From a bacterium (GTDB lineage: Bacteria; UBP15; UBA6099): DNA of 64,000 nt. The notes beneath the pieces were generated by a model that saw nothing but the letters and a program-made list of their open reading frames with translations, did no database searches and was not told where the DNA came from. Below are positions 1 through 8,396 of the stretch, piece by piece. Each line of letters begins with the position of its first letter. Positions within the stretch are counted from its first letter, which is position 1. A program made the translations under genes and the position numbers. The stretch covers positions 72,731-136,730 of the forward strand of contig JAKQPS010000037.1 in the NCBI GenBank assembly GCA_029564595.1. The letters are read 5' to 3'.

Positions 1-800
1 AGCGTGCTGGTCGTGAACGGGGCCTGCGGCCTGCGCTTCTCCGAGCGTTTCTTGATATCTTTCACCGCGTAGGAGCAGGCTTTCAGCGTTTCCACCAGCC
101 CAGCCGCCTGTCCCTCGTTCTCTATCTTCGTTTCCTCATCCTTTGATTCCGCGCCGTCCGACGAACCGAAGTACACGGCTTCGAAATCCTGAGCGCCCGC
201 GTCCCGGCCTTTAAAAGTCCCGGTTATCTTCCAGTACTCGTCCGGTTTGAACTTTTCCACTTCTTCCTCGCGCTCGCAGATGAGGCGGAGGGCGACGGAC
301 TGCACTCTGCCCGCGCTCAAGCGGCTGTTGTTCAGCGCGCGCCACAGCAACGGGCTGACCTTGTAGCCCACCAGCCTGTCCATGACCCTGCGCGCCTGTT
401 GCGCGTCCACCAGATTCATGTCTATGGTTCTCAAATTGCCGAGCGCTTCTTTAACCGCCTTCGGCGTTATTTCGTTGAACGACATTCTGGTTATGTTCTT
501 GTTAGGAAACAGGCGCGCCAGATGCCACGCGATGGATTCCCCTTCGCGGTCAGGGTCGGTCGCCAGTATTACTTCTTCGACGTCTTTGGCGTCCGCCTGC
601 AACTGTTTGATGAGCTTCCCGCGTCCCGGAGCTATCTGATAGCTGGGTTTGAACCCGTTGTCCACATCTATTCCAAGCTCTTTAGCGGGAAGGTCGTATA
701 TGTGGCCGAGGCAGGAAGTCACCTCGTATTGTTTGCCGACGATTTTGCCGATGGACTGTGTCTTCGCTCTGGATTCGACAACGATTAATTTCTTTGCCAT
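1..800 (-). CDS. topA: DNA topoisomerase I, N-terminal (Toprim) part; gene continues beyond window start
   Basis: Reverse-complement translation from ATG at 798-800 reads MAKKLIVVESRAKTQSIGKIVG...TDPDREGESIAWHL..., canonical TopA Toprim motifs. Open to position 1. Not in the ORF track (edge-truncated). Confidence 0.85.
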   Translation of the reverse strand, partial: MAKKLIVVESRAKTQSIGKIVGKQYEVTSCLGHIYDLPAKELGIDVDNGFKPSYQIAPGRGKLIKQLQADAKDVEEVILATDPDREGESIAWHLARLFPNKNITRMSFNEITPKAVKEALGNLRTIDMNLVDAQQARRVMDRLVGYKVSPLLWRALNNSRLSAGRVQSVALRLICEREEEVEKFKPDEYWKITGTFKGRDAGAQDFEAVYFGSSDGAESKDEETKIENEGQAAGLVETLKACSYAVKDIKKRSEKRRPQAPFTTST

Positions 801-921
801 TATTGTGCCTTCTCCTCTATATCGAACAGATATCCTTATTATGCCGCGATTTTTCCGCCGCGCAATTTTCTAATTATGAGCGCCCGCAAACAAATAGTCA
901 CGCTTTCCGGGCAAAAAAAGG

Positions 922-2112
922 TCAGCGCCCGGCGCGGGCCGCCATATACGTCTGGCCCGGCAACTGGCGCGCCGCCCCCTTCATTTCAAGCATCATCAGG
1001 GCGGAGGACGCCTCGCCCGCCGAGCATGACAGCCTCGCGCAGATGTCGTCGAACCGCGTTGGCCCTTCCTCTTTCATCAGGTCGTAAATCCGCTTCTGAA
1101 GGCCGTCCAACTCCGGTTGCGCGCCGAGGCTCAGCTCCGGCTGTCCGTCCGGCTCTCCGAGAGCCTCCAGAATCTGGCTCGCGTTCTCCGCCAGATGCGC
1201 TCCGTTCCTTATCAGCCAGTGGCATCCCCCGCTCGACGGATGGTTGACGTCCCCCGGAACGGCGAACACTTCCCGCCCGTGCTCTGCTGCGTGGCCGGCG
1301 GTTATCATCGAGCCGCCTTTGACTGCCGACTGCGCCACCACAACGCCCCGCGACAATCCGCTTATTATCCTGTTGCGCCTGTGGAACTGATTCTTGTTTA
1401 TCGCTTTCATACCGAGAGGGAATTCCGAAATAACCGCGCCGCAAGCGGCGATCTCGTCGGCCAGTTCGACATGGTTGGAGGGGTAGGGGTGGTCTACGCC
1501 GACGGCTTTGACGGCGAAGGTGCGGCCGCCGGCGTCTAGGGCCGCGCGGTGCGCCGCCGCGTCTATCCCGTGCGCCAGCCCGCTGACGACCGTCCATCCC
1601 GCGCCGGCCAGTCCCGCCGATATGTCCTCCGCCGCTCGTCTGCCGTAGCCGTTGCAACGCCGCGTGCCGACAATCGCCACCGCTCTGTCGTCTCTTTCAA
1701 GGATATTCCCGCGCGCGTAAAGAACCGGCGGAGGGTCGGGGATATCCCGCAACCGCCGGGGATAATCGTCATCCAGCAGAGTGAAAATTTTTACGCCAGT
1801 CTCTTGCGCCCGCTTCAGCTCCTGAGAGCCGTCCTCGCGGCGGCGAAGGTCGAGCAGCTTGTCCAGAACGTAAACAGGTTTCTCAGCCGAGTCTTCGCCG
1901 AGGTTCAGCTCGGCGTTCCTTGAATAGGAGCGACCGAACGCTCCGCAGCCCCGCAAATCCTTCTCGGATGCCCGCCAAACCTCTCCCGCCCCGCCGAATA
2001 TCTCCGTCAGCCGGATGAACAACCCCGGCTCCATGCCCTCCACCTGATTGAGGGCTATCCAGCTCAGGCGGTCCGTTTCACGAACGCCCTGTCTGTCCGC
2101 GCCTTCAGTCAA
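922..2112 (-). CDS. dprA: DNA processing protein DprA (Smf)
   Basis: 396 aa ORF with Rossmann-like DprA core (GTRRCNGYG, GLAHGIDAAAH) and C-terminal winged-helix. Classic dprA-topA synteny. Confidence 0.85.
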   Translation of the reverse strand: MTEGADRQGVRETDRLSWIALNQVEGMEPGLFIRLTEIFGGAGEVWRASEKDLRGCGAFGRSYSRNAELNLGEDSAEKPVYVLDKLLDLRRREDGSQELKRAQETGVKIFTLLDDDYPRRLRDIPDPPPVLYARGNILERDDRAVAIVGTRRCNGYGRRAAEDISAGLAGAGWTVVSGLAHGIDAAAHRAALDAGGRTFAVKAVGVDHPYPSNHVELADEIAACGAVISEFPLGMKAINKNQFHRRNRIISGLSRGVVVAQSAVKGGSMITAGHAAEHGREVFAVPGDVNHPSSGGCHWLIRNGAHLAENASQILEALGEPDGQPELSLGAQPELDGLQKRIYDLMKEEGPTRFDDICARLSCSAGEASSALMMLEMKGAARQLPGQTYMAARAGR

Positions 2113-2184
2113 TTCCCCGTTCCGTTCCGGATGATGCTCTCTTTGACCGGATTCTCAAAAAAAATCCGGCTCGTTCACATCCTG

Positions 2185-2439
2185 TCACTTTTTTGAATCG
2201 GCTATCGAGCAGGAAGAGCCGGAGTCGCACGACCCGCACCCTCCGCCGTTGCCGCCGCTCTTCTTCTTGCTGTCCGTGCAATAGAACCCGCTGCCCTTGA
2301 ACAGGACTCCGACAGCGCTGAACACTTTATTCACCTTGCCCCTGCACTCAGGGCATCTTTGTTTCGGCGGGTCGTTCACTCCCTGCTCGACCTCGAAAGC
2401 ATGGCCGCATTTCTGGCATTCATACGCATACACCGGCAT
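2185..2439 (-). CDS. FmdB-family zinc-ribbon protein with Gly/Ser/Cys-rich C-terminal tail
   Basis: MPVYAYECQKCGHAFE...RCPECRG = CxxC...CxxC zinc ribbon (Zn-ribbon_8 type). Tail GGNGGGCGSCDSGSSCS. Confidence 0.7.
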   Translation of the reverse strand: MPVYAYECQKCGHAFEVEQGVNDPPKQRCPECRGKVNKVFSAVGVLFKGSGFYCTDSKKKSGGNGGGCGSCDSGSSCSIADSKK

Positions 2440-2617
2440 AACTGTTTCCCTCCTGTGGCTCCCACAAGCTGTTTAGTCCGCATTTGCCCACAATGCGGGT
2501 TCCCGGAAATCCCCGGGCAAAAACCGAATCAGGCGCGCTCGAACGCGCCAGACTACTTATATACATTAATAACGCGCGGAAATCAAAAAAGTTTCAGGAA
2601 ACCTGTTTTTAGCCGCG

Positions 2618-3523
2618 CTACCGGCTTGGAGCCGGCGCCGCCGGGGCGGCAGGTTCGGCGCTCGCGCTCTTGCTCTGCCCGCCTCCGGTCGTCAACGCGA
2701 TGACTCCTATCACTATCATCCCGGCTCCCGCGTACTGCATCGGCGTGAGCGTCGTGCCGAATATGAATATCTCGAACACCATCGGGCTGATTATCAGGAA
2801 CGAGTTGACGGTGGGCACGATGACAATGCCCGTTCCGTGGAAAAAGGCGAGGTTGGTCATCACGAAACCGATATTGCCCAGAATCAGGAAGGCGACCCAC
2901 GGGTAGGCGGTCTTGAACTGAGCCATCGTCGAGCCGTCGGCCACGATGGGGCCGATGTGGTAGAAGATGTTCATGAAACCGAGGCCCATCCCGGCTATGG
3001 CCGCGTATAAGAACGCTCTGCCCCGGTTAAGTATTTTCGTAAAAAGCAGGGCTGCGCCCGCGAACACCGCGAACCCGCCCAGACACCAGTACATCGGCCC
3101 GGCATAGAAGAGTTTTTCCGCAGACGGCACGTTGAAATACGATATCACCGAAGTCCCCGCGCCGATAAGCAGAACCGACGCCCATTCGCGCGGCCCCACT
3201 CTTTCCTTCAGCACGAACAGCGAAAACAGAGCAAGCCCCACCAGCCCCACGCCGCTCATCGACGTCACAAGCGACGTCTTGTCCGACAGGTTCTGCGCCA
3301 CAAGCACGAGCACGCCTGCAACGAACGTCAGAGACATCCCGAACAGCCATATAAGGAAATCCCTCCTGTGCGGCGGTTTCAGCATCGCCTTGCCCTTTTT
3401 CAGCACTTCCACTTTCATCTTCTGAACGGCTTTGCCGATGTTGAGAGATATCGACGCGGCCGCCGCCACGCTCAACGCAAGCGCCAGCGTCCCCGCCGCT
3501 TCCTGTGTCGCCATTGAATCCAT
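2618..3523 (-). CDS. Polytopic membrane protein, NIPA-like/DMT-superfamily (family assignment tentative); paralog of 4916-5779
   Basis: Start chosen at MDSMATQ (ATG 3521-3523) with GGAGGAAG 7 nt upstream; the track ORF extends to 3625. Multiple TM helices. Shares IGKxxQKMKV / LKPPxRRDF / FFHGxGIVIVPTVNSF blocks with the downstream paralog. Confidence 0.6.
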   Translation of the reverse strand: MDSMATQEAAGTLALALSVAAAASISLNIGKAVQKMKVEVLKKGKAMLKPPHRRDFLIWLFGMSLTFVAGVLVLVAQNLSDKTSLVTSMSGVGLVGLALFSLFVLKERVGPREWASVLLIGAGTSVISYFNVPSAEKLFYAGPMYWCLGGFAVFAGAALLFTKILNRGRAFLYAAIAGMGLGFMNIFYHIGPIVADGSTMAQFKTAYPWVAFLILGNIGFVMTNLAFFHGTGIVIVPTVNSFLIISPMVFEIFIFGTTLTPMQYAGAGMIVIGVIALTTGGGQSKSASAEPAAPAAPAPSR

Positions 3524-3712
3524 CTCTGAACTTCCTCCGTCAAATTTCGATAAGTATACAGCGCCCGCCGCGCTTTCCGCCCGTCCCGGCGTGAAATTGT
3601 TCATCCGACGGTTGTCGGACCTCACACGCGGCTTGTTATTATCCGGCAGGGAATGGCCTATAATCTTCCAGCGCGTATAATTGCGTCAGAAGCGGCGGTT
3701 TCGGAGGCCGGC

Positions 3713-4675
3713 ATGGTTATGAACAAAGAAAGAATAGGGTTACTTGATATATTCGGGCTGAAGCCGCTGGACGCGGCTCTGGCGCAGGCGGGCAGGGCGG
3801 TGTTCGGCAATAACGATATCCCGCCTACCAACTGGGACCTTTCTTCAATCAAAGTTTTCAAGCCTCATATTTCCATCCCGACTTGGCTCGGCGTGAAAAT
3901 ACACGGCGACAAGGCTCCAGTCTACAACCTGTTCAATCGCAATATGCGCGGGCCGGATGAGCCGTTCTCGGTGAGGGTGACGGATTGCGAGGATTTCCGG
4001 GGAGGGCAGTGGACGTACGACAGCCACCTCGGAACGGATTTCGCCATCCCGGTCGGAACTCCTGTGGCGACTTGCGCGCCGGGGCTGGTGATGACGGTCA
4101 AACGGCAGTTCGACCACGGCGGGCTTAAGGTGTTCGTGGACCACGGAGACGGGTTGCTGACAACATACGCGCATCTGTCCCGCGCGCTGGTCGGGGCGGG
4201 GGACATCGTGCGCAGGGGGCAGGCCATCGGGCTGTCCGGCGCGGCGGGCATGGAGCTTCTCATGTTCTTTCCGTGGGTGGCTCCGCACGTTCACCTGAAT
4301 GTGGTTCTGAACGGCAATCCGGCGGACCCGTTCGGAGCGGGCGGCGGAGAGGTTCCTCTGTGGAGGACGGGAAACGACCCCACGCCATTCAAAGAGTCCG
4401 GCGCGCGGGCGGACGAGCGTTTCGAACCGACGGCGTGGAATCCGGCCCTACTTGACGCCGCCATCGACGACTGCTCGGACGCCGCCGAGCGCGACTACTT
4501 TCGCGGGTTCCCCGACATCGTCGAGCGCGCCGCCGAAATCCTGAACCACCGCATGTTCTTCACTACGATTTTCAAGGACTTCCCGCCTCTGTACGAAAAA
4601 GAGTATCCGCGCCGCCCCGCGCTCGACCTGCCTTTTCTTGAATCGGACTACTCAGGCGCGAAGTTGCCTGACTGA
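3713..4675 (+). CDS. M23-family (LytM-type) metallopeptidase
   Basis: HLGTDFA (HxxxD) and HVHLNV (HxH) zinc-ligand motifs. Start set at ATG 3713 with GGAGG 5 nt upstream; the track ORF begins at 3653. Confidence 0.7.
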   Translation: MVMNKERIGLLDIFGLKPLDAALAQAGRAVFGNNDIPPTNWDLSSIKVFKPHISIPTWLGVKIHGDKAPVYNLFNRNMRGPDEPFSVRVTDCEDFRGGQWTYDSHLGTDFAIPVGTPVATCAPGLVMTVKRQFDHGGLKVFVDHGDGLLTTYAHLSRALVGAGDIVRRGQAIGLSGAAGMELLMFFPWVAPHVHLNVVLNGNPADPFGAGGGEVPLWRTGNDPTPFKESGARADERFEPTAWNPALLDAAIDDCSDAAERDYFRGFPDIVERAAEILNHRMFFTTIFKDFPPLYEKEYPRRPALDLPFLESDYSGAKLPD

Positions 4676-4915
4676 CGCAAGTCCGCCGTTCATATCATTC
4701 AGCCCAAAATGTATCGGCTTTCAGCGAGTAGCGCGGGATTGCCGTTTCGCGCCAAGTCGAGAGCTGAGCGCGATTTTGCTTGCCCTGCCGCGCGAACGCG
4801 TGTAAGATACTTTATCCCGCGACCCCGCGGAGGGCGCGAAGACCACATCAAGAGGCGCGGCCGGGGAAACTGCGACAACTCTCCCCGGCAGGCTCCCGGA
4901 CAAAAGGCGGCTGTC

Positions 4916-5779
4916 ATGGACGAAACTCTCATCATCGGCATTCTCGTGGGGTGTCTGGCTTCAATCACCATGAACCTCGGCAAGGGCATCCAGAAAATGA
5001 AAGTTCAGGTGCTCAAGACCGGAAAGGCGATGCTCAAACCTCCGCTCAGACGCGATTTCATCATCTGGCTTATCGGCATGCTGATGACAGGGGCCGCCGG
5101 GCTGCTGTTCACCGCCGCCCTCAAAATGACTGACAAACCGTCCGTCGTTTCGTCTCTTAACGGCATCGGACTGATAGCGCTTGCCGTGTTCTCGGCGGTC
5201 GTGCTCAAGGAAAAAGTCGGCGCCCGCGAGGCCGGAGCCGTCGCCCTCATTATCATCGGCACGGGCTTCTTCCAATACTTCAACGTGGCTTCTGACAAAT
5301 CATCGTCGTTCAACCTGTCCTCTCTCCTGCTGAGTCTGGCAGTCTGCGCCGCTATCTACGCCGCAATGGTGGTCATGGCCCGCAAAATGAAGAAGGGACA
5401 GGCGTTCGTGTACGCCGCAATCGCGGGCACTTTCCTCGCCTACATGGTGGTTTTCTTCGATATCTCCGGAGTTAAAAACGCCGGACGCCCCTTCATTTAC
5501 ACGATTATTTCCCTCTATTTCCTAATCGGGTTCTTCCTCGGCAACGGCGCGTTCGTGTTCACCAACATCGCTTTCTTCCACGGCAGCGGCATCGTAATCG
5601 TGCCGACTGTCAACTCTTTTATGATTGTCATGCCTATGGTTCTTGAGTTCGTCATCTACCGGGTGTCGATTTCCCCGATCCAGCTCCTGTGCGTACTGCT
5701 GATTGTGGCCGGCGTCATCATCCTGACCACCAGCAAAGGCCACGAGGTCAAGGAAACTCCTCTCCCCGCCGCGGCTTAA
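4916..5779 (+). CDS. Polytopic membrane protein, NIPA-like/DMT-superfamily (tentative); paralog of 2618-3523
   Basis: Start at MDETLIIGILVG (ATG 4916), by alignment to the paralog's N-terminus; the track ORF begins at 4709. High identity to 2618-3523 throughout. Confidence 0.6.
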   Translation: MDETLIIGILVGCLASITMNLGKGIQKMKVQVLKTGKAMLKPPLRRDFIIWLIGMLMTGAAGLLFTAALKMTDKPSVVSSLNGIGLIALAVFSAVVLKEKVGAREAGAVALIIIGTGFFQYFNVASDKSSSFNLSSLLLSLAVCAAIYAAMVVMARKMKKGQAFVYAAIAGTFLAYMVVFFDISGVKNAGRPFIYTIISLYFLIGFFLGNGAFVFTNIAFFHGSGIVIVPTVNSFMIVMPMVLEFVIYRVSISPIQLLCVLLIVAGVIILTTSKGHEVKETPLPAAA

Positions 5780-5809
5780 GAAGCCGTTTGGGCGGGTTGA
5801 AAAACTGAG

Positions 5810-6169
5810 TTAAGGGAAAACTTTTGAAAAAGCTTTCCCTTAAAATCCCTTTCAAAACTTTTCATGCTAGCGCCGAATGCGGGGCTTCGCCTCCGCCTTC
5901 GGCGCGTGTCAATGAAAAGATTCTGGCAAAGGTTTTCAGTGGAATCTTGCACATAAACGATTTCACATCATGCTTTGCGTAACCGCAACCGTAGGGGCGA
6001 CCCTTGCGGTCGCCCGAAATGTTAAAAGGGCGGGGGCAAGCCCCGCCCCTACGATTACGATTTTACATGGGGCGTCGAGAGGGAAGCGCGAAAGCGATTC
6101 ACTCCAGACGACCATTGAAACGTTTTGAAGAGATTCAAAGAAAAACTTTTTCAAAAGTTTCTCTTTGGC
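5810..6169 (+). repeat. Copy A of a multi-hairpin MITE-like interspersed element (family 1), with ~96-bp internal insertion
   Basis: Ends TTAAGGGAAAACTTTTGAAAAAGCTTTCCCTTAA ... GAAAAACTTTTTCAAAAGTTTCTCTTTGGC. Collinear with copies at 14211-14474 (inverted) and 22197-22460. Confidence 0.8.
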
Positions 6170-6210
6170 TTTTCATTCTTCTATTTTGATTCTTTGTTTT
6201 TTGCCGTTTT

Positions 6211-7035
6211 TCACTTCTGTTCAGCGGCGACGCGGTCGCGGCCGATCTGGAAGAAAGGCTCGGCGTAGTCGCTGTTCCATGTGCGGGCTTCGAACGAGCG
6301 GTTTTTCACCAGATTGAGGAAGCCTTCAAACTCTTTGAAGTAAGAGCCGTAGATGTGGAAGCTGTCGGAGATATCGACGTAGCGGCCGACGGCGACCGGG
6401 GCGCCGATTTTTTCAGCCACGCGTTCCGCTATGACCCGCATGAGGTCTGTCAGCGCGAATATGTTCATGAAAGCGGCTTTGTAAGCGTCTCGCGAGCGCC
6501 AGTGCGTGTTCATGTTGAGGATGTACGAGCGGGAGCCGGGAGCGGTCTCGGTCAGTCTGAACCAGAGGCGTTGGAGGCAGGGCGGGTCGTCGGTGGGAGC
6601 GTCAAGCAGCGGGTTCCACGTTATCGCCTGCGCGCGCCTTGTTATCGGGCTGGCAGCCAAGCGGTCCACCGAGTAGGCTATCTGGTCCACATGCTTGCCC
6701 TCGATTTCGTAGTCGAAGAGGCGTTTGTGATAGGTGTAGGTCCATTTGCCGGCGGCAGGGTCGATCCAGTGGTCGTGAACGCCGTCCACCACTTCGAGGC
6801 GGTACACCTCAAGCTCTTCGAGTCCGGCGGGGAACGCGCGGTGGATGCGCGGCTCTGCGAACGGGTCCTCGACGACCATCATCATGGTGCAGTCGCGGCT
6901 CGGCGGGTCGCCCGGCCTGTCGTACTCGGTGTGTATCTCAATGCCGTTTTCCCACGCGGCGATGACTGATTTTTCCCATGCTTCCGGCAGAGTCGCTCCA
7001 GTGACCGCAAGCGCCGGCACGTTTCCCGTCTTCAT
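6211..7035 (-). CDS. Thymidylate synthase family protein (ThyA-like, divergent/archaeal-type)
   Basis: Blocks RRAQAITWNP, PPCLQRLWFRL (catalytic Cys in PPC context) and HWRSRD...FMNIFALTDLM align to ThyA RRIIVSAWN / APCHAFFQFYV / [21 protein letters not shown]. Confidence 0.6.
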   Translation of the reverse strand: MKTGNVPALAVTGATLPEAWEKSVIAAWENGIEIHTEYDRPGDPPSRDCTMMMVVEDPFAEPRIHRAFPAGLEELEVYRLEVVDGVHDHWIDPAAGKWTYTYHKRLFDYEIEGKHVDQIAYSVDRLAASPITRRAQAITWNPLLDAPTDDPPCLQRLWFRLTETAPGSRSYILNMNTHWRSRDAYKAAFMNIFALTDLMRVIAERVAEKIGAPVAVGRYVDISDSFHIYGSYFKEFEGFLNLVKNRSFEARTWNSDYAEPFFQIGRDRVAAEQK

Positions 7036-7075
7036 TGATTTCCGCCTCCGTTCCCGCGCGGTTTTCCCGCGCTCG

Positions 7076-8164
7076 TCAAGCTTTTTCCTTCGGGTAAGAC
7101 CCGATGGACTTCAGAACAATCGTTTCGCGCCGCATGTCCCTGAGGGCGGCTTTGACGTTTTCATCGCTCTCGTGTCCTTCCAAGTCGACGAAGAACATAT
7201 ATTCCCAGCGGCCCGTCGGAGACGGTCGGGAGAGCATCATAGTGAGGTTCAGGTTGTGTTTTTCGAACGACTTGAGCGCGCGGTACAGAGTGCCCGGCTC
7301 GTGCCGCACGGAGAATAGAGCGGACGTCTTGTCGTCGCCGGACGGCAGGTTCTTTTCCCTGCCCATGACGAGGAATCTGGTTTTGTTGTCGCGGTGGTCC
7401 TCGATGCGGGGGCGGATGATTTTAAGTCCGTAGATATCCGCCGCCAGTTCGCCCGCCACCGCCGCCGCGCTCTTGAACCTCGCGGCCCGCTGCGCCGCGA
7501 CGGCCGTGCTGCTCACCTGTTCGATCTCCTTGCCGCGCGCGTTGCGTTTCAGCCATTCGGCGCACTGTTCCAGAGCCTTCGGGTGCGTGTATATCTTTTT
7601 TATTTCCTTGAAGTTGTCGTGTTTGGCCATCAGGTTGAGGGAGATTTCGCTGTAAATCTCGCCCACCGCCGCCAGCGGAGTCGTCGCCAGCCTGTCGAGG
7701 GTGTTGTTGACCGCGCCCTCGTTCGAGTTCTCGAACGGGACCACCCCGTAGTCTGCCAAGCCCTTTTCGACGTCGTCGAACACCATGGAGATGTCCTCGC
7801 AGGGGCGTTCGATTACGTTGGAGCCGAATTTTTTGAGAGCGGCGGCGTGGGAAAATGTCGCTCGCGGGCCGAGAAACGCCACTGTCGGGAGTTTCTGAAG
7901 GCCCCGGCAGGCGGAAAGAATCTCGCGCCAGACCGCCTCGATGCGCGCTTCGTCCAGCGGCCCTTCGTTAAGCTCCGCCAGACGCGCGATGATTTTTTTC
8001 TCTCTAGCCGGGTCGTAATTAGTTCTCTTGAACCGGGCCGTTTGCAAGGCAAGCTCCGCTCGCTCAGACAACAGTTTAAGAATCTTCTCGTCGACGGCGT
8101 CGATCTGCCGCCTGATATCCGACTTGCCCATTTGGCCCTCCAGCCGCGCCGCGTTGCGCGCCAA
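7076..8164 (-). CDS. pheA: Bifunctional chorismate mutase / prephenate dehydratase (P-protein)
   Basis: N-terminal CM domain (IDAVDEKILKLLSERAELA), PDT domain (VAFLGPRATFSHAAA) and C-terminal ACT domain. Confidence 0.85.
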   Translation of the reverse strand: MARNAARLEGQMGKSDIRRQIDAVDEKILKLLSERAELALQTARFKRTNYDPAREKKIIARLAELNEGPLDEARIEAVWREILSACRGLQKLPTVAFLGPRATFSHAAALKKFGSNVIERPCEDISMVFDDVEKGLADYGVVPFENSNEGAVNNTLDRLATTPLAAVGEIYSEISLNLMAKHDNFKEIKKIYTHPKALEQCAEWLKRNARGKEIEQVSSTAVAAQRAARFKSAAAVAGELAADIYGLKIIRPRIEDHRDNKTRFLVMGREKNLPSGDDKTSALFSVRHEPGTLYRALKSFEKHNLNLTMMLSRPSPTGRWEYMFFVDLEGHESDENVKAALRDMRRETIVLKSIGSYPKEKA

Positions 8165-8396
8165 TCCGGTTTCCGTCCCGTCCGCTTCCGCGCGCGGCTT
8201 GCAAAGATTCTAGCAATTCCCGTCCCCCGTGTAAACGCGCCGCTCGCCGCGTCGTCGCGGCATAGAATTATTGCTTGGGGCGGGACGCGCTTCTTGCGCC
8301 GTCAAGGCGGCGCGAATCCTGTTTCATTGCGCGCCGTCATTCCCGCGAAAGCAAGAATCCCTTTTCAGCAACAGAAGCGTTTTTTCGTTCCCCTCA

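Noticed and set aside
5963-6189. Short ORFs inside the family-1 repeat copies (5963-6154 -, 6004-6189 +, 13964-14257 -, 22330-22638 +, 22353-22583 -) that share peptide strings such as LKRFEEIQRKTFSKVSLW
   Set aside because: The shared peptides arise from the DNA repeat itself. Frames are not preserved between copies (indels), and the conserved features are stems and tetraloops rather than codons.
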